A stretch of DNA of 63,976 nt, the filler included, from Reclinomonas americana ATCC 50394 (taxonomy: Eukaryota), in the NCBI GenBank assembly GCA_048213135.1. It is 12 parts of 9 records of this genome, joined end to end, with 100 filler letters (N's around TTAATTAATTAA, not from the genome) between each part and the next. Parts side by side here need not be neighbours in the genome. Positions count along the whole stretch, not along the records: positions 62,852 to 63,976 come from AFZH01016056.1; 11 more parts are not named here. One strand, written 5' to 3'. Made by a program: the position numbers and the translations under genes. Position 1 is the first letter of the stretch. Each line of letters starts with the position of its first letter. Below the pieces are notes generated by a model. The model was not told the DNA's origin. It was given only the letters and a program-made list of their open reading frames with translations, and ran no database searches. Shown one piece after another: positions 62,910-63,976 of the stretch.

Positions 62910-63186
62910 ACGGCCCAACCCGCCGGGATCCAGTGGTGTCGCAGTGAGTGGCCCACCACCGCCCGTGCCTGCTGCACCGACAGCAGCCATGATGGCTTCG
63001 GTGGCGGCCATGGCCTCTGGCTCTGCCGCATCACAAGCTTCCTCGGCATCGTCGCCAGCCGGCGCTGCTGCCGCCGCGAAGCCTGTGCGCACCGCAGTGG
63101 CCGGCGTGAAGCAACGACGCCCGATTGGATTGGCGCACAAGCGACCACCACGAACCACCGGTGGCACGGACTCTGACGAGCCTTGA
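62910..63186 (+). CDS. Last exon of a hypothetical Ala/Pro/Ser-rich protein
   Basis: TGCAG acceptor, then RPNPPGSSG…KRPPRTTGGTDSDEP*. Confidence 0.4.
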
Positions 63187-63403
63187 GGTGTGAAGGAAAA
63201 AAAGTGAGGCACAAGAACGAGGAGGGAGGGGGGCAACAAGTGGAAAGTCTTTTTCTTTTTTCTCTCTCAGTTTGTTCCTTTAAGCTGGAGTGTGTGTGTG
63301 TGTGTGTTTGTGTGTGTATGTGTTTTGTCTCTCTTGGCGAGGAAAGTAAGAAGCGATCTGATAAAAGCATGTGAGGAGTGGGTTTTTTTCGTTTGTGTTT
63401 TGT

Positions 63404-63895
63404 TTATCTGTGCTCGTCGTCCACTTGCATTTCTTCCATGCCTTCGAAGGATCTGCTCACACGCGCACACCGATGAGAGGAGTAAGAGAAAAACATCAAT
63501 GGTATGGTGTGCGAACCCATCAGCTGGTGGAACGCGGATACCCGCCTGCTCGAGGCCACGGAGTACAGTTTGGTTCACTGCGCGAGAGTGTGAGGGAGCA
63601 GCGAGAGGGAAGATGATGTTGGTGGAGAGGAACGGCTACCTTCGGCCAGGAAATACTGCTCAGCAGCAGGAGGTGGTGGCGGCAGCAGTGGTGGCGCGTC
63701 GTCGTCGTCGTCTTCCAACATTTCCCGCACCTCCTCGTCCTCCTCGTCGTCATCCTCTCCTTCTCCGTCGTCGTCGTCGTCCTCTTCTTCCTCCTCGGCG
63801 CCCTCCATCTCGACGTCCTTTTTCACCGCGTCCCCTCCGTCGCTGGCGGAGGGTGCGCTGGGTTTGCTGGAGCGGAGGCGGTTCTTGGAGGAGTG
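63404..63895 (-). CDS. 3' exons of a hypothetical protein with acidic tract
   Basis: Phase-compatible GT-AG joins give …EEEEEDDDDDGEGEDDDEEDEE…EQYFLAE|VNQTVLRGLEQAGIRVPPADG|SFEGMEEMQVDDEHR*. Confidence 0.55.
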
Positions 63896-63976
63896 CTGAA
63901 AAAGGGGAAGGTGAGAAGGGGGAAGGAATAGAGGGGAAGGAGAAGGGAAGAGAAGAGGAGAAGGAGAAGAGGTGGG

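Overview
Intron-rich eukaryotic (protist-like) nuclear sequence from a 454-type draft scaffold. Contigs are joined by N-TTAATTAATTAA-N spacers, and contig ends carry TACG flow-order noise. Exons are GC-rich and introns are full of GA/CT/CA microsatellites. Genes I can reconstruct, in order: two hypothetical gene 3' ends, the C-terminal part of a CLC channel/transporter (CBS pair), a kelch-repeat protein, two tandem paralogous GT77-like glycosyltransferases, a divergent importin-4/5-like HEAT protein, a ZFAND1-like AN1 zinc-finger protein, a six-exon proteobacterial-type MinD with a mitochondrial-looking presequence, the last exon of dynein light chain roadblock, a large polycystin-1-like Fn3-REJ-GAIN/GPS membrane protein (with an AP-3 mu fragment inside one intron, probably a misjoin), an RT-less RLE-type non-LTR retroelement fragment, an array of four tightly packed intronless paralogous coiled-coil ORFs, farnesyltransferase beta, a WD40-like gene and two terminal partial genes. 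The most notable items are the four-ORF array next to the RLE fragment, the nuclear-encoded organellar MinD, the AN1-SHP-UBL-CaaX protein and the recurrent purine-5'/pyrimidine-3' intron architecture. All family calls come from recognising motifs by eye; no database searches were run, and the organism cannot be named from this window.
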